From Amoebidium appalachense (lineage: Eukaryota; Protista; Ichthyosporea), in NCBI GenBank assembly GCA_963693365.1, contig CAVNZM010000018.1:987861-1051860 (forward strand): DNA of 64,000 nucleotides. The letters are read 5' to 3'. The translations under genes and the position numbers were made by a program. Position 1 is the first letter of the stretch, and each line of letters opens with the position of its first letter. The notes beneath the pieces were generated by a model. It ran no database searches. It was not told the origin of the DNA and worked only from the letters and a program-made list of their open reading frames with translations. Below are positions 13,371-28,188 of the stretch, piece by piece.

Positions 13371-14014
13371 GGAGTGGTGGAGCACACCTGTGCCTGCTTG
13401 TGAGATTGATCCACAGGCACCGGCTCATGTATCCCATTGCTGGGGCTGGTAAAGACGACGTTGGCATAAGAATATTTTGTTTGTAAACGTGTTTTCTTTG
13501 CAGGAGAATTAGATAGCCCCGTTGGAGTGAAATTGTGTGTTGCGAGTGTGCTGTAAACTTCGTGGTAGTATAATGTTGTAGGCCATGGTGTGTTTGATGT
13601 GTGTGCAAAGTTTCAGGCTGCTAGCATTTTTATTTAGGGAGCTGTAGCTGTTTTTATGTTCTGTGGGATATGCCATATGGATATATTGATGAGTGTGAGT
13701 TATATCTAGTCCGAAATGGGCGGCAATCGATTTGGTCTTTGTGATCTAGGGGTTTTAGCCACTTGTGAAATTTTTCATTGGTTGATGTGCAGCAAAAATT
13801 CCATTTTGGTAGATTTCATGGATTTGATAGGTTCTAAGTCATTTCTTCATATTTCCATAGGCAAAAATGTGGGCAGCGCTATATAATGAGCTTGCGCGGC
13901 CCCAGGGAGGTCAGTTGCGGCGCTACTGAGCGCGTTTAGGTCTCTTTAGGCCCAATTTTTTAGCTAAGTTTTTGGTAAAGACGACGTTGGCATAAGAATA
14001 AGGATTCCACAGCT

Positions 14015-16035
14015 ATGCCCCGTCATTTCTTTGCCGCCTCTGATTTGTTTCCTGTTCCGGCCATTCCTGTGCCGGACCGTTCTGGATAAGCCCGTCTGCG
14101 GAGTCAACGCCGTCGGCAACGTCTGTCTCACCGCCTGAAGGGGGTTACCTTGGCTAACCGTTGTCTTGGTGCCCTCAATGAGCTGTGGGCAGGCGGCCCT
14201 TGCCCATTCCCGACCCGGTTGGTGAACAGTCACCACCATGCCCTGTGGACCTTTGTCCTTAGGGCCAGCTACGATGCTATACGCGCGGGTGTCTACGACG
14301 CCCAGCCTGCGAGTAGTGTCTTGGCTGCGTTCCCCGCGGCCTACCCTGTATTGACAGGATGGCTACCTCTCACGGCGGCAAATGCTGCTTTGCCACCCCC
14401 TGGGATTGGAGCCACAGTGGACGTGTTGCAGTTTTTGTCTCCTACACTGCAGCCGTTTTTGGCCAACTGCGACGGCGGCCTTCTCAAGCCTGTTCCGCCG
14501 ACGCCTGCAGAGCTGCGCCGCATCCGACCGGCGCATCACGTTCCCAGTGGGGAATACGGTCCCCTGCTTCTTCGGCTTCAAGACTGTGGCATGGTGCACT
14601 ATTTCGAGGCGAAGGAAAAACCAATGGTCATCAATGGGCTGTTTGGGGTCCCCAAAGACACCAGAGCCCGCGTCATTTTTGACGGCCGCCGTGGCAACCT
14701 GTTCTTTGCCCGTGATCATCCTGCCCTCAAGGTGCACCTGCCCAACCCTGCCGATTTTGCCGATCTGTTGCTGGGGCCTGAGGATTGCCTCTATTTTGGC
14801 AAGTCGGACATGGACAACCAGTTCCATCGTCTTCCTGCCCCCGAGTGGCTGTGGCGGTACTTTGGATTGCCGCCTGTGTCTTCGGAGGCTGTTGGCATTT
14901 CTGGGCCCGACCGGCTTGTGTACCCGGCCCTCAAGACCGTGCCCATGGGCTGGGTGCATTCTGTGCTTGTGGCTCAAGACGTCCATGGGCAGTTGGCTGA
15001 CCGAGCCGGCATGCCCCGCATTGAGCGCCTCTGTGCGATAGTGCCGCGGCCTGTGGAGGCCACGCAGCATGCCCTGTATGTGGACGACTGTGGCTGGGTC
15101 GGCACAGATGCCACCGCCATCAATCGTCAGCGTGAATCGTATCATGGTGTCACCGGCCCGGCTGGTCTTCCCTCCAACTCAAGAAGGATGTGGCTGCTGG
15201 TTCGTCGTCCTCTATGGTGCTGCTAGGCCTGGAAATGCATGGCTCTGGGATATTGCGCCCGTCTGGCGCTTCCTTGTGCAGTCTGGTGGCGGAAACCCAG
15301 GCCGTGTTGCGTCATGGTGTCGTCACGCAGCTCCGTTTGCAGCAGTTGCTTCGTGGTTGGGTGTGGGCGGCACTGCTGCAGCGGCCGCTTTTGTCGGTTC
15401 TGAGTTTTGTCTACAGTTTTTTGGAGCAGCTGGGGGGTCGGGAACAGCCCCTTCCCCCGCCCGTGGTGTGGGAGCTTCAGGCGATGTGTGCTTTGGCCCC
15501 TTTGATGCGTTGTGATTTGCGTTCTGGGTTTGCTAGCACCATGTTCTGCACTGATGCTTCCTTGTTGGGTGGTGCAGCCGTGTCCCGGGTGCTTCCAGCA
15601 ACGCTTCTCCGCGAAGTGCTGCCTCACTGCAACCGGCGTGGCCACTACAGCCAGCTGTCTGGTCCTGTGCACGAGCCAAGCCCGTCCGCCCCCCGGCACC
15701 TATCCTGGCAGCTGTTGGTGGCCGGTGGACCACCAACATCAGTCATCGTTGGCGCCACTCCGACCAGATCAAACATTCTGGAGGGAGAAGCCTTGCTCCT
15801 GGGGCTTCGTCGATTAGGTCGGTCTACGGCTGCCCGGGGCTCCCGCTACCTTTGGGGCCTTGATTCGACGGCGCTGCTTGGGGCTGTTGCTAAGTGTTGT
15901 TCAGCATCCCGACGCCTTAACCGTGTATGCCGCCAGGTGGCTGCCTACACACTTGCCCTCGACATTTGTTTGTATTGTGTGTGGCTGCCGTCAGCCCACA
16001 ATCCTGCAGATGGTCTCTCGCGGTTTTCTGGCTGA
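14015..16035 (+). pseudogene. RT/RNase H, disrupted (unit 1)
   Basis: CAA>TAA near codon 25, 1-bp deletion at ~15179 and 1-bp insertion at ~15772. Confidence 0.88.
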
Positions 16036-16939
16036 CCAGGCCATAAAGCCCCCAACCCTCAAGGCCTACCGGGATGCTGTTGTTGAGTTCCTGGATTGGT
16101 TGCCCCCTGGCACCGACACAAAGTCCCCCGCCGAACTGGACGACCTCCTGGTGGAGTATTTTGAGGAGTGTTATGCCATTGATCCATCGCGTGGCCAGCG
16201 TCAGCGATGTGTCAACACAGCTGCCGGCATCAAGCATTTCATGCCACGCCTGGGTCCACACCTGCAGGCCGCCCAACGGAGCCTGCAGGGCTGGAACCGG
16301 CTTGTTCCAGCAAAAACCACGCCCCCGCTTCCGTTTTCATTGGTCCTCGTCATTGGCCATCATTTGTATTCCAAAATTGGCCCCTTGTTTGGTATTGCTG
16401 TTTTGCTTGGATTTGAGTGTTATTTTCGTGTCAGTGAGCTGCTTATGCTCACTCGTGCGGATCTTATTTTGCCCAACGACCCCGTTCCCCACGACATGCC
16501 ACCGGGTACAGGCGGCATACGCCTGGCCGACACCAAGACCGGTCCAAATCAGTTTGTCCCCATCACCGATCCGTCCCTGTTGGCCATCCTGTCTTTCTGG
16601 TTCCGTGGCGCCCCCCCTTTTGCGCGGCTGTTTCCTTTCTCGTATGATGTTCTGCGTGCCAAGTTCCAAGCGGCATGTGACTCCCTCGGCCTCAACGAGT
16701 ATTGGTTCCATCTTCACAGTCTTCGCCATGGTGGTGCCTCGAGAGACTATGTCAGGGGTGTTTCAGTAGAGACGATTGCTCTGCGTGGTCGATGGAGATC
16801 GCATGCCTCCCTCCGCCGGTATGTGCAGGCCGGCCAGTCTCTTGTTCTTTCTATTCGCGTGCCTGCGTCGCTCCTTGCCCGGGCTGCAGCGCTGCGTCAG
16901 TCACCCACGGCATGGTTCGTTCCTTCCCGTGCCAGGTAG
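16010..16939 (+). CDS. Tyrosine recombinase, intact (unit 1)
   Basis: FRVSE, TKTG, HSLRHGG, GRW and RRY motifs all present. Confidence 0.9.
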   Translation: MVSRGFLADQAIKPPTLKAYRDAVVEFLDWLPPGTDTKSPAELDDLLVEYFEECYAIDPSRGQRQRCVNTAAGIKHFMPRLGPHLQAAQRSLQGWNRLVPAKTTPPLPFSLVLVIGHHLYSKIGPLFGIAVLLGFECYFRVSELLMLTRADLILPNDPVPHDMPPGTGGIRLADTKTGPNQFVPITDPSLLAILSFWFRGAPPFARLFPFSYDVLRAKFQAACDSLGLNEYWFHLHSLRHGGASRDYVRGVSVETIALRGRWRSHASLRRYVQAGQSLVLSIRVPASLLARAAALRQSPTAWFVPSRAR

Positions 16940-17583
16940 GGAGTGGTGGAGCACACCTGTGCCTGCTTGTGAGATTGATCCACAGGCACCGGCTCATGTA
17001 TCCCATTGCTGGGGCTGGTAAAGACGACGTTGGCATAAGAATATTTTGTTTGTAAACGTGTTTTCTTTGCAGGAGAATTAGATAGCCCCGTTGGAGTGAA
17101 ATTGTGTGTTGCGAGTGTGCTGTAAACTTCGTGGTAGTATAATGTTGTAGGCCATGGTGTGTTTGATGTGTGTGCAAAGTTTCAGGCTGCTAGCATTTTT
17201 ATTTAGGGAGCTGTAGCTGTTTTTATGTTCTGTGGGATATGCCATATGGATATATTGATGAGTGTGAGTTATATCTAGTCCGAAATGGGCGGCAATCGAT
17301 TTGGTCTTTGTGATCTAGGGGTTTTAGCCACTTGTGAAATTTTTCATTGGTTGATGTGCAGCAAAAATTCCATTTTGGTAGATTTCATGGATTTGATAGG
17401 TTCTAAGTCATTTCTTCATATTTCCATAGGCAAAAATGTGGGCAGCGCTATATAATGAGCTTGCGCGGCCCCAGGGAGGTCAGTTGCGGCGCTACTGAGC
17501 GCGTTTAGGTCTCTTTAGGCCCAATTTTTTAGCTAAGTTTTTGGTAAAGACGACGTTGGCATAAGAATAAGGATTCCACAGCT

Positions 17584-19604
17584 ATGCCCCGTCATTTCTT
17601 TGCCGCCTCTGATTTGTTTCCTGTTCCGGCCATTCCTGTGCCGGACCGTTCTGGATAAGCCCGTCTGCGGAGTCAACGCCGTCGGCAACGTCTGTCTCAC
17701 CGCCTGAAGGGGGTTACCTTGGCTAACCGTTGTCTTGGTGCCCTCAATGAGCTGTGGGCAGGCGGCCCTTGCCCATTCCCGACCCGGTTGGTGAACAGTC
17801 ACCACCATGCCCTGTGGACCTTTGTCCTTAGGGCCAGCTACGATGCTATACGCGCGGGTGTCTACGACGCCCAGCCTGCGAGTAGTGTCTTGGCTGCGTT
17901 CCCCGCGGCCTACCCTGTATTGACAGGATGGCTACCTCTCACGGCGGCAAATGCTGCTTTGCCACCCCCTGGGATTGGAGCCACAGTGGACGTGTTGCAG
18001 TTTTTGTCTCCTACACTGCAGCCGTTTTTGGCCAACTGCGACGGCGGCCTTCTCAAGCCTGTTCCGCCGACGCCTGCAGAGCTGCGCCGCATCCGACCGG
18101 CGCATCACGTTCCCAGTGGGGAATACGGTCCCCTGCTTCTTCGGCTTCAAGACTGTGGCATGGTGCACTATTTCGAGGCGAAGGAAAAACCAATGGTCAT
18201 CAATGGGCTGTTTGGGGTCCCCAAAGACACCAGAGCCCGCGTCATTTTTGACGGCCGCCGTGGCAACCTGTTCTTTGCCCGTGATCATCCTGCCCTCAAG
18301 GTGCACCTGCCCAACCCTGCCGATTTTGCCGATCTGTTGCTGGGGCCTGAGGATTGCCTCTATTTTGGCAAGTCGGACATGGACAACCAGTTCCATCGTC
18401 TTCCTGCCCCCGAGTGGCTGTGGCGGTACTTTGGATTGCCGCCTGTGTCTTCGGAGGCTGTTGGCATTTCTGGGCCCGACCGGCTTGTGTACCCGGCCCT
18501 CAAGACCGTGCCCATGGGCTGGGTGCATTCTGTGCTTGTGGCTCAAGACGTCCATGGGCAGTTGGCTGACCGAGCCGGCATGCCCCGCATTGAGCGCCTC
18601 TGTGCGATAGTGCCGCGGCCTGTGGAGGCCACGCAGCATGCCCTGTATGTGGACGACTGTGGCTGGGTCGGCACAGATGCCACCGCCATCAATCGTCAGC
18701 GTGAATCGTATCATGGTGTCACCGGCCCGGCTGGTCTTCCCTCCAACTCAAGAAGGATGTGGCTGCTGGTTCGTCGTCCTCTATGGTGCTGCTAGGCCTG
18801 GAAATGCATGGCTCTGGGATATTGCGCCCGTCTGGCGCTTCCTTGTGCAGTCTGGTGGCGGAAACCCAGGCCGTGTTGCGTCATGGTGTCGTCACGCAGC
18901 TCCGTTTGCAGCAGTTGCTTCGTGGTTGGGTGTGGGCGGCACTGCTGCAGCGGCCGCTTTTGTCGGTTCTGAGTTTTGTCTACAGTTTTTGGAGCAGCTG
19001 GGGGGTCGGGAACAGCCCCTTCCCCCGCCCGTGGTGTGGGAGCTTCAGGCGATGTGTGCTTTGGCCCCTTTGATGCGTTGTGATTTGCGTTCTGGGTTTG
19101 CTAGCACCATGTTCTGCACTGATGCTTCCTTGTTGGGTGGTGCAGCCGTGTCCCGGGTGCTTCCAGCAACGCTTCTCCGCGAAGTGCTGCCTCACTGCAA
19201 CCGGCGTGGCCACTACAGCCAGCTGTCTGGTCCTGTGCACGAGCCAAGCCCGTCCGCCCCCCCGGCACCTATCCTGGCAGCTGTTGGTGGCCGGTGGACC
19301 ACCAACATCAGTCATCGTTGGCGCCACTCCGACCAGATCAAACATTCTGGAGGGAGAAGCCTTGCTCCTGGGGCTTCGTCGATTAGGTCGGTCTACGGCT
19401 GCCCGGGGCTCCCGCTACCTTTGGGGCCTTGATTCGACGGCGCTGCTTGGGGCTGTTGCTAAGTGTTGTTCAGCATCCCGACGCCTTAACCGTGTATGCC
19501 GCCAGGTGGCTGCCTACACACTTGCCCTCGACATTTGTTTGTATTGTGTGTGGCTGCCGTCAGCCCACAATCCTGCAGATGGTCTCTCGCGGTTTTCTGG
19601 CTGA
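17584..19604 (+). pseudogene. RT/RNase H, disrupted (unit 2)
   Basis: Same shared lesions as unit 1. Confidence 0.88.
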
Positions 19605-20508
19605 CCAGGCCATAAAGCCCCCAACCCTCAAGGCCTACCGGGATGCTGTTGTTGAGTTCCTGGATTGGTTGCCCCCTGGCACCGACACAAAGTCCCCCGC
19701 CGAACTGGACGACCTCCTGGTGGAGTATTTTGAGGAGTGTTATGCCATTGATCCATCGCGTGGCCAGCGTCAGCGATGTGTCAACACAGCTGCCGGCATC
19801 AAGCATTTCATGCCACGCCTGGGTCCACACCTGCAGGCCGCCCAACGGAGCCTGCAGGGCTGGAACCGGCTTGTTCCAGCAAAAACCACGCCCCCGCTTC
19901 CGTTTTCATTGGTCCTCGTCATTGGCCATCATTTGTATTCCAAAATTGGCCCCTTGTTTGGTATTGCTGTTTTGCTTGGATTTGAGTGTTATTTTCGTGT
20001 CAGTGAGCTGCTTATGCTCACTCGTGCGGATCTTATTTTGCCCAACGACCCCGTTCCCCACGACATGCCACCGGGTACAGGCGGCATACGCCTGGCCGAC
20101 ACCAAGACCGGTCCAAATCAGTTTGTCCCCATCACCGATCCGTCCCTGTTGGCCATCCTGTCTTTCTGGTTCCGTGGCGCCCCCCCTTTTGCGCGGCTGT
20201 TTCCTTTCTCGTATGATGTTCTGCGTGCCAAGTTCCAAGCGGCATGTGACTCCCTCGGCCTCAACGAGTATTGGTTCCATCTTCACAGTCTTCGCCATGG
20301 TGGTGCCTCGAGAGACTATGTCAGGGGTGTTTCAGTAGAGACGATTGCTCTGCGTGGTCGATGGAGATCGCATGCCTCCCTCCGCCGGTATGTGCAGGCC
20401 GGCCAGTCTCTTGTTCTTTCTATTCGCGTGCCTGCGTCGCTCCTTGCCCGGGCTGCAGCGCTGCGTCAGTCACCCACGGCATGGTTCGTTCCTTCCCGTG
20501 CCAGGTAG
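19579..20508 (+). CDS. Tyrosine recombinase, intact (unit 2)
   Basis: Translation identical to unit 1. Confidence 0.9.
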   Translation: MVSRGFLADQAIKPPTLKAYRDAVVEFLDWLPPGTDTKSPAELDDLLVEYFEECYAIDPSRGQRQRCVNTAAGIKHFMPRLGPHLQAAQRSLQGWNRLVPAKTTPPLPFSLVLVIGHHLYSKIGPLFGIAVLLGFECYFRVSELLMLTRADLILPNDPVPHDMPPGTGGIRLADTKTGPNQFVPITDPSLLAILSFWFRGAPPFARLFPFSYDVLRAKFQAACDSLGLNEYWFHLHSLRHGGASRDYVRGVSVETIALRGRWRSHASLRRYVQAGQSLVLSIRVPASLLARAAALRQSPTAWFVPSRAR

Positions 20509-21152
20509 GGAGTGGTGGAGCACACCTGTGCCTGCTTGTGAGATTGATCCACAGGCACCGGCTCATGTATCCCATTGCTGGGGCTGGTAAAGACGACGTT
20601 GGCATAAGAATATTTTGTTTGTAAACGTGTTTTCTTTGCAGGAGAATTAGATAGCCCCGTTGGAGTGAAATTGTGTGTTGCGAGTGTGCTGTAAACTTCG
20701 TGGTAGTATAATGTTGTAGGCCATGGTGTGTTTGATGTGTGTGCAAAGTTTCAGGCTGCTAGCATTTTTATTTAGGGAGCTGTAGCTGTTTTTATGTTCT
20801 GTGGGATATGCCATATGGATATATTGATGAGTGTGAGTTATATCTAGTCCGAAATGGGCGGCAATCGATTTGGTCTTTGTGATCTAGGGGTTTTAGCCAC
20901 TTGTGAAATTTTTCATTGGTTGATGTGCAGCAAAAATTCCATTTTGGTAGATTTCATGGATTTGATAGGTTCTAAGTCATTTCTTCATATTTCCATAGGC
21001 AAAAATGTGGGCAGCGCTATATAATGAGCTTGCGCGGCCCCAGGGAGGTCAGTTGCGGCGCTACTGAGCGCGTTTAGGTCTCTTTAGGCCCAATTTTTTA
21101 GCTAAGTTTTTGGTAAAGACGACGTTGGCATAAGAATAAGGATTCCACAGCT

Positions 21153-23174
21153 ATGCCCCGTCATTTCTTTGCCGCCTCTGATTTGTTTCCTGTTCCGGCC
21201 ATTCCTGTGCCGGACCGTTCTGGATAAGCCCGTCTGCGGAGTCAACGCCGTCGGCAACGTCTGTCTCACCGCCTGAAGGGGGTTACCTTGGCTAACCGTT
21301 GTCTTGGTGCCCTCAATGAGCTGTGGGCAGGCGGCCCTTGCCCATTCCCGACCCGGTTGGTGAACAGTCACCACCATGCCCTGTGGACCTTTGTCCTTAG
21401 GGCCAGCTACGATGCTATACGCGCGGGTGTCTACGACGCCCAGCCTGCGAGTAGTGTCTTGGCTGCGTTCCCCGCGGCCTACCCTGTATTGACAGGATGG
21501 CTACCTCTCACGGCGGCAAATGCTGCTTTGCCACCCCCTGGGATTGGAGCCACAGTGGACGTGTTGCAGTTTTTGTCTCCTACACTGCAGCCGTTTTTGG
21601 CCAACTGCGACGGCGGCCTTCTCAAGCCTGTTCCGCCGACGCCTGCAGAGCTGCGCCGCATCCGACCGGCGCATCACGTTCCCAGTGGGGAATACGGTCC
21701 CCTGCTTCTTCGGCTTCAAGACTGTGGCATGGTGCACTATTTCGAGGCGAAGGAAAAACCAATGGTCATCAATGGGCTGTTTGGGGTCCCCAAAGACACC
21801 AGAGCCCGCGTCATTTTTGACGGCCGCCGTGGCAACCTGTTCTTTGCCCGTGATCATCCTGCCCTCAAGGTGCACCTGCCCAACCCTGCCGATTTTGCCG
21901 ATCTGTTGCTGGGGCCTGAGGATTGCCTCTATTTTGGCAAGTCGGACATGGACAACCAGTTCCATCGTCTTCCTGCCCCCGAGTGGCTGTGGCGGTACTT
22001 TGGATTGCCGCCTGTGTCTTCGGAGGCTGTTGGCATTTCTGGGCCCGACCGGCTTGTGTACCCGGCCCTCAAGACCGTGCCCATGGGCTGGGTGCATTCT
22101 GTGCTTGTGGCTCAAGACGTCCATGGGCAGTTGGCTGACCGAGCCGGCATGCCCCGCATTGAGCGCCTCTGTGCGATAGTGCCGCGGCCTGTGGAGGCCA
22201 CGCAGCATGCCCTGTATGTGGACGACTGTGGCTGGGTCGGCACAGATGCCACCGCCATCAATCGTCAGCGTGAATCGTATCATGGTGTCACCGGCCCGGC
22301 TGGTCTTCCCTCCAACTCAAGAAGGATGTGGCTGCTGGTTCGTCGTCCTCTATGGTGCTGCTAGGCCTGGAAATGCATGGCTCTGGGATATTGCGCCCGT
22401 CTGGCGCTTCCTTGTGCAGTCTGGTGGCGGAAACCCAGGCCGTGTTGCGTCATGGTGTCGTCACGCAGCTCCGTTTGCAGCAGTTGCTTCGTGGTTGGGT
22501 GTGGGCGGCACTGCTGCAGCGGCCGCTTTTGTCGGTTCTGAGTTTTGTCTACAGTTTTTTGGAGCAGCTGGGGGGTCGGGAACAGCCCCTTCCCCCGCCC
22601 GTGGTGTGGGAGCTTCAGGCGATGTGTGCTTTGGCCCCTTTGATGCGTTGTGATTTGCGTTCTGGGTTTGCTAGCACCATGTTCTGCACTGATGCTTCCT
22701 TGTTGGGTGGTGCAGCCGTGTCCCGGGTGCTTCCAGCAACGCTTCTCCGCGAAGTGCTGCCTCACTGCAACCGGCGTGGCCACTACAGCCAGCTGTCTGG
22801 TCCTGTGCACGAGCCAAGCCCGTCCGCCCCCCCGGCACCTATCCTGGCAGCTGTTGGTGGCCGGTGGACCACCAACATCAGTCATCGTTGGCGCCACTCC
22901 GACCAGATCAAACATTCTGGAGGGAGAAGCCTTGCTCCTGGGGCTTCGTCGATTAGGTCGGTCTACGGCTGCCCGGGGCTCCCGCTACCTTTGGGGCCTT
23001 GATTCGACGGCGCTGCTTGGGGCTGTTGCTAAGTGTTGTTCAGCATCCCGACGCCTTAACCGTGTATGCCGCCAGGTGGCTGCCTACACACTTGCCCTCG
23101 ACATTTGTTTGTATTGTGTGTGGCTGCCGTCAGCCCACAATCCTGCAGATGGTCTCTCGCGGTTTTCTGGCTGA
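21153..23174 (+). pseudogene. RT/RNase H, disrupted (unit 3)
   Basis: Same shared lesions as unit 1. Confidence 0.88.
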
Positions 23175-24078
23175 CCAGGCCATAAAGCCCCCAACCCTCA
23201 AGGCCTACCGGGATGCTGTTGTTGAGTTCCTGGATTGGTTGCCCCCTGGCACCGACACAAAGTCCCCCGCCGAACTGGACGACCTCCTGGTGGAGTATTT
23301 TGAGGAGTGTTATGCCATTGATCCATCGCGTGGCCAGCGTCAGCGATGTGTCAACACAGCTGCCGGCATCAAGCATTTCATGCCACGCCTGGGTCCACAC
23401 CTGCAGGCCGCCCAACGGAGCCTGCAGGGCTGGAACCGGCTTGTTCCAGCAAAAACCACGCCCCCGCTTCCGTTTTCATTGGTCCTCGTCATTGGCCATC
23501 ATTTGTATTCCAAAATTGGCCCCTTGTTTGGTATTGCTGTTTTGCTTGGATTTGAGTGTTATTTTCGTGTCAGTGAGCTGCTTATGCTCACTCGTGCGGA
23601 TCTTATTTTGCCCAACGACCCCGTTCCCCACGACATGCCACCGGGTACAGGCGGCATACGCCTGGCCGACACCAAGACCGGTCCAAATCAGTTTGTCCCC
23701 ATCACCGATCCGTCCCTGTTGGCCATCCTGTCTTTCTGGTTCCGTGGCGCCCCCCCTTTTGCGCGGCTGTTTCCTTTCTCGTATGATGTTCTGCGTGCCA
23801 AGTTCCAAGCGGCATGTGACTCCCTCGGCCTCAACGAGTATTGGTTCCATCTTCACAGTCTTCGCCATGGTGGTGCCTCGAGAGACTATGTCAGGGGTGT
23901 TTCAGTAGAGACGATTGCTCTGCGTGGTCGATGGAGATCGCATGCCTCCCTCCGCCGGTATGTGCAGGCCGGCCAGTCTCTTGTTCTTTCTATTCGCGTG
24001 CCTGCGTCGCTCCTTGCCCGGGCTGCAGCGCTGCGTCAGTCACCCACGGCATGGTTCGTTCCTTCCCGTGCCAGGTAG
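23149..24078 (+). CDS. Tyrosine recombinase, intact (unit 3)
   Basis: Translation identical to unit 1. Confidence 0.9.
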   Translation: MVSRGFLADQAIKPPTLKAYRDAVVEFLDWLPPGTDTKSPAELDDLLVEYFEECYAIDPSRGQRQRCVNTAAGIKHFMPRLGPHLQAAQRSLQGWNRLVPAKTTPPLPFSLVLVIGHHLYSKIGPLFGIAVLLGFECYFRVSELLMLTRADLILPNDPVPHDMPPGTGGIRLADTKTGPNQFVPITDPSLLAILSFWFRGAPPFARLFPFSYDVLRAKFQAACDSLGLNEYWFHLHSLRHGGASRDYVRGVSVETIALRGRWRSHASLRRYVQAGQSLVLSIRVPASLLARAAALRQSPTAWFVPSRAR

Positions 24079-24870
24079 GGAGTGGTGGAGCACACCTGTG
24101 CCTGCTTGTGAGATTGATCCACAGGCACCGGCTCATGTATCCCATTGCTGGGGCTGGTAAAGACGACGTTGGCATAAGAATATTTTGTTTGTAAACGTGT
24201 TTTCTTTGCAGGAGAATTAGATAGCCCCGTTGGAGTGAAATTGTGTGTTGCGAGTGTGCTGTAAACTTCGTGGTAGTATAATGTTGTAGGCCATGGTGTG
24301 TTTGATGTGTGTGCAAAGTTTCAGGCTGCTAGCATTTTTATTTAGGGAGCTGTAGCTGTTTTTATGTTCTGTGGGATATGCCATATGGATATATTGATGA
24401 GTGTGAGTTATATCTAGTCCGAAATGGGCGGCAATCGATTTGGTCTTTGTGATCTAGGGGTTTTAGCCACTTGTGAAATTTTTCATTGGTTGATGTGCAG
24501 CAAAAATTCCATTTTGGTAGATTTCATGGATTTGATAGGTTCTAAGTCATTTCTTCATATTTCCATAGGCAAAAATGTGGGCAGCGCTATATAATGAGCT
24601 TGCGCGGCCCCAGGGAGGTCAGTTGCGGCGCTACTGAGCGCGTTTAGGTCTCTTTAGGCCCAATTCTTTAGCTAAGTTTTTGCCCACCCACCACACCCTT
24701 TGCCTATTTAGGCACTAGGCTACGGTTTTTGAGCATGTTTCTGTATGACATTTGTCATTCTTTTCATTGCTCCTGTGGAGCACACCTGTGCCTGCTTGTG
24801 AGATTGATCCACAGGCACCGGCTCATGTATCCCCTTGCTGGGGCTGGTAAAGACGACGTTGGCATAAGAA

Positions 24871-25287
24871 TTAGGGGTTTTAGCCACTTGTGAAATTTTT
24901 TCATTGGTTGATGTGCAGCAAAAATTCCATTTTGGTAGATTTCATGGATTTGATAGGTTCTAAGTCATTTCTTCATATTTCCATAGGCAAAAATGTGGGC
25001 CGCGCTATATAATGAGCTTGCGCAGCCCCAGGAAGGTCAGTTGCGGCGCTACTAAGCGCGTTTAGGTCTCTTTAGGCCCAATTTTTTAGGTAAGTTTTTG
25101 CCCACCCACCACACCCTTGCCTATTTAAGCACTAGGCTACGTTTTTGGAGCATGTTTCTGTATGACATTTGTAATTCTTTTCATAGCTCCTGTGGAGCAC
25201 ACCTGTGCCTGCTTGTGAGATTGATCCACAGGCACCGGCTCATGTATCCCCTTGCTGGGGCTGGTAAAGACGACGTTGGCATAAGAA
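24871..25287 (+). mobile_element. Extra terminal module (3' half of A, spacer, B2)
   Basis: Starts at TAGGGGTTTTAGCC inside A and ends at TTGGCATAAGAA. Confidence 0.85.
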
Positions 25288-27901
<2,614 letters not shown>

Positions 27902-28067
27902 TTGCAATCTGCTACGATATACTAGTAGTCACTTTGAGTGCTGTCTCCCTGCGCCTACCTTGTATGTTGCCGCAGGCGACAGTCACTAGACAAAGTGTCT
28001 GATTGCGCAAACAAATTTAAATCTACAGCAGATGGTTGGTTAAAAGTCGCAATAATAATTTAACGCT

Positions 28068-28188
28068 GCGTTCCTATCGCCCAACAACAAAATTACGGAA
28101 GCATTCCTATTGCCCATCAAAAGTACGGAAGCGTTCCTATTGCCCATCAAGAAAATAAACTTTAATAAAGCGTTCCAATTGCCCATCA
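28068..28188. repeat. Four imperfect copies of GCGTTCCTATTGCCCATCAA
   Basis: Copies at ~28068, ~28100, ~28130 and ~28170 with A-rich linkers. Confidence 0.75.

Larger units (their letters stand above)
8553..13998 (+). mobile_element. Tyrosine-recombinase retrotransposon copy 2, near full length
   Basis: A1 8553-9050, gag, pol, YR, B1 13377-13472, A2 13473-13970, then only the last ~26 nt of B2 (spacer and most of B2 deleted). Confidence 0.93.
13999..24870 (+). mobile_element. Tandem array of three gag-less element units (13999-17567, 17568-21136, 21137-24870), period 3569 bp
   Basis: Unit = pol, YR, B1, A, B-tail; units differ only in homopolymer lengths as far as can be seen; the last unit ends with a full spacer and B2. 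Confidence 0.92.

Noticed and set aside
8553-13998. Classification as DIRS1-like, LTR element or prokaryotic retron/integrase system
   Set aside because: No inverted terminal repeats, methyltransferase, DDE integrase or protease seen; eukaryotic context; A…B-A-B layout
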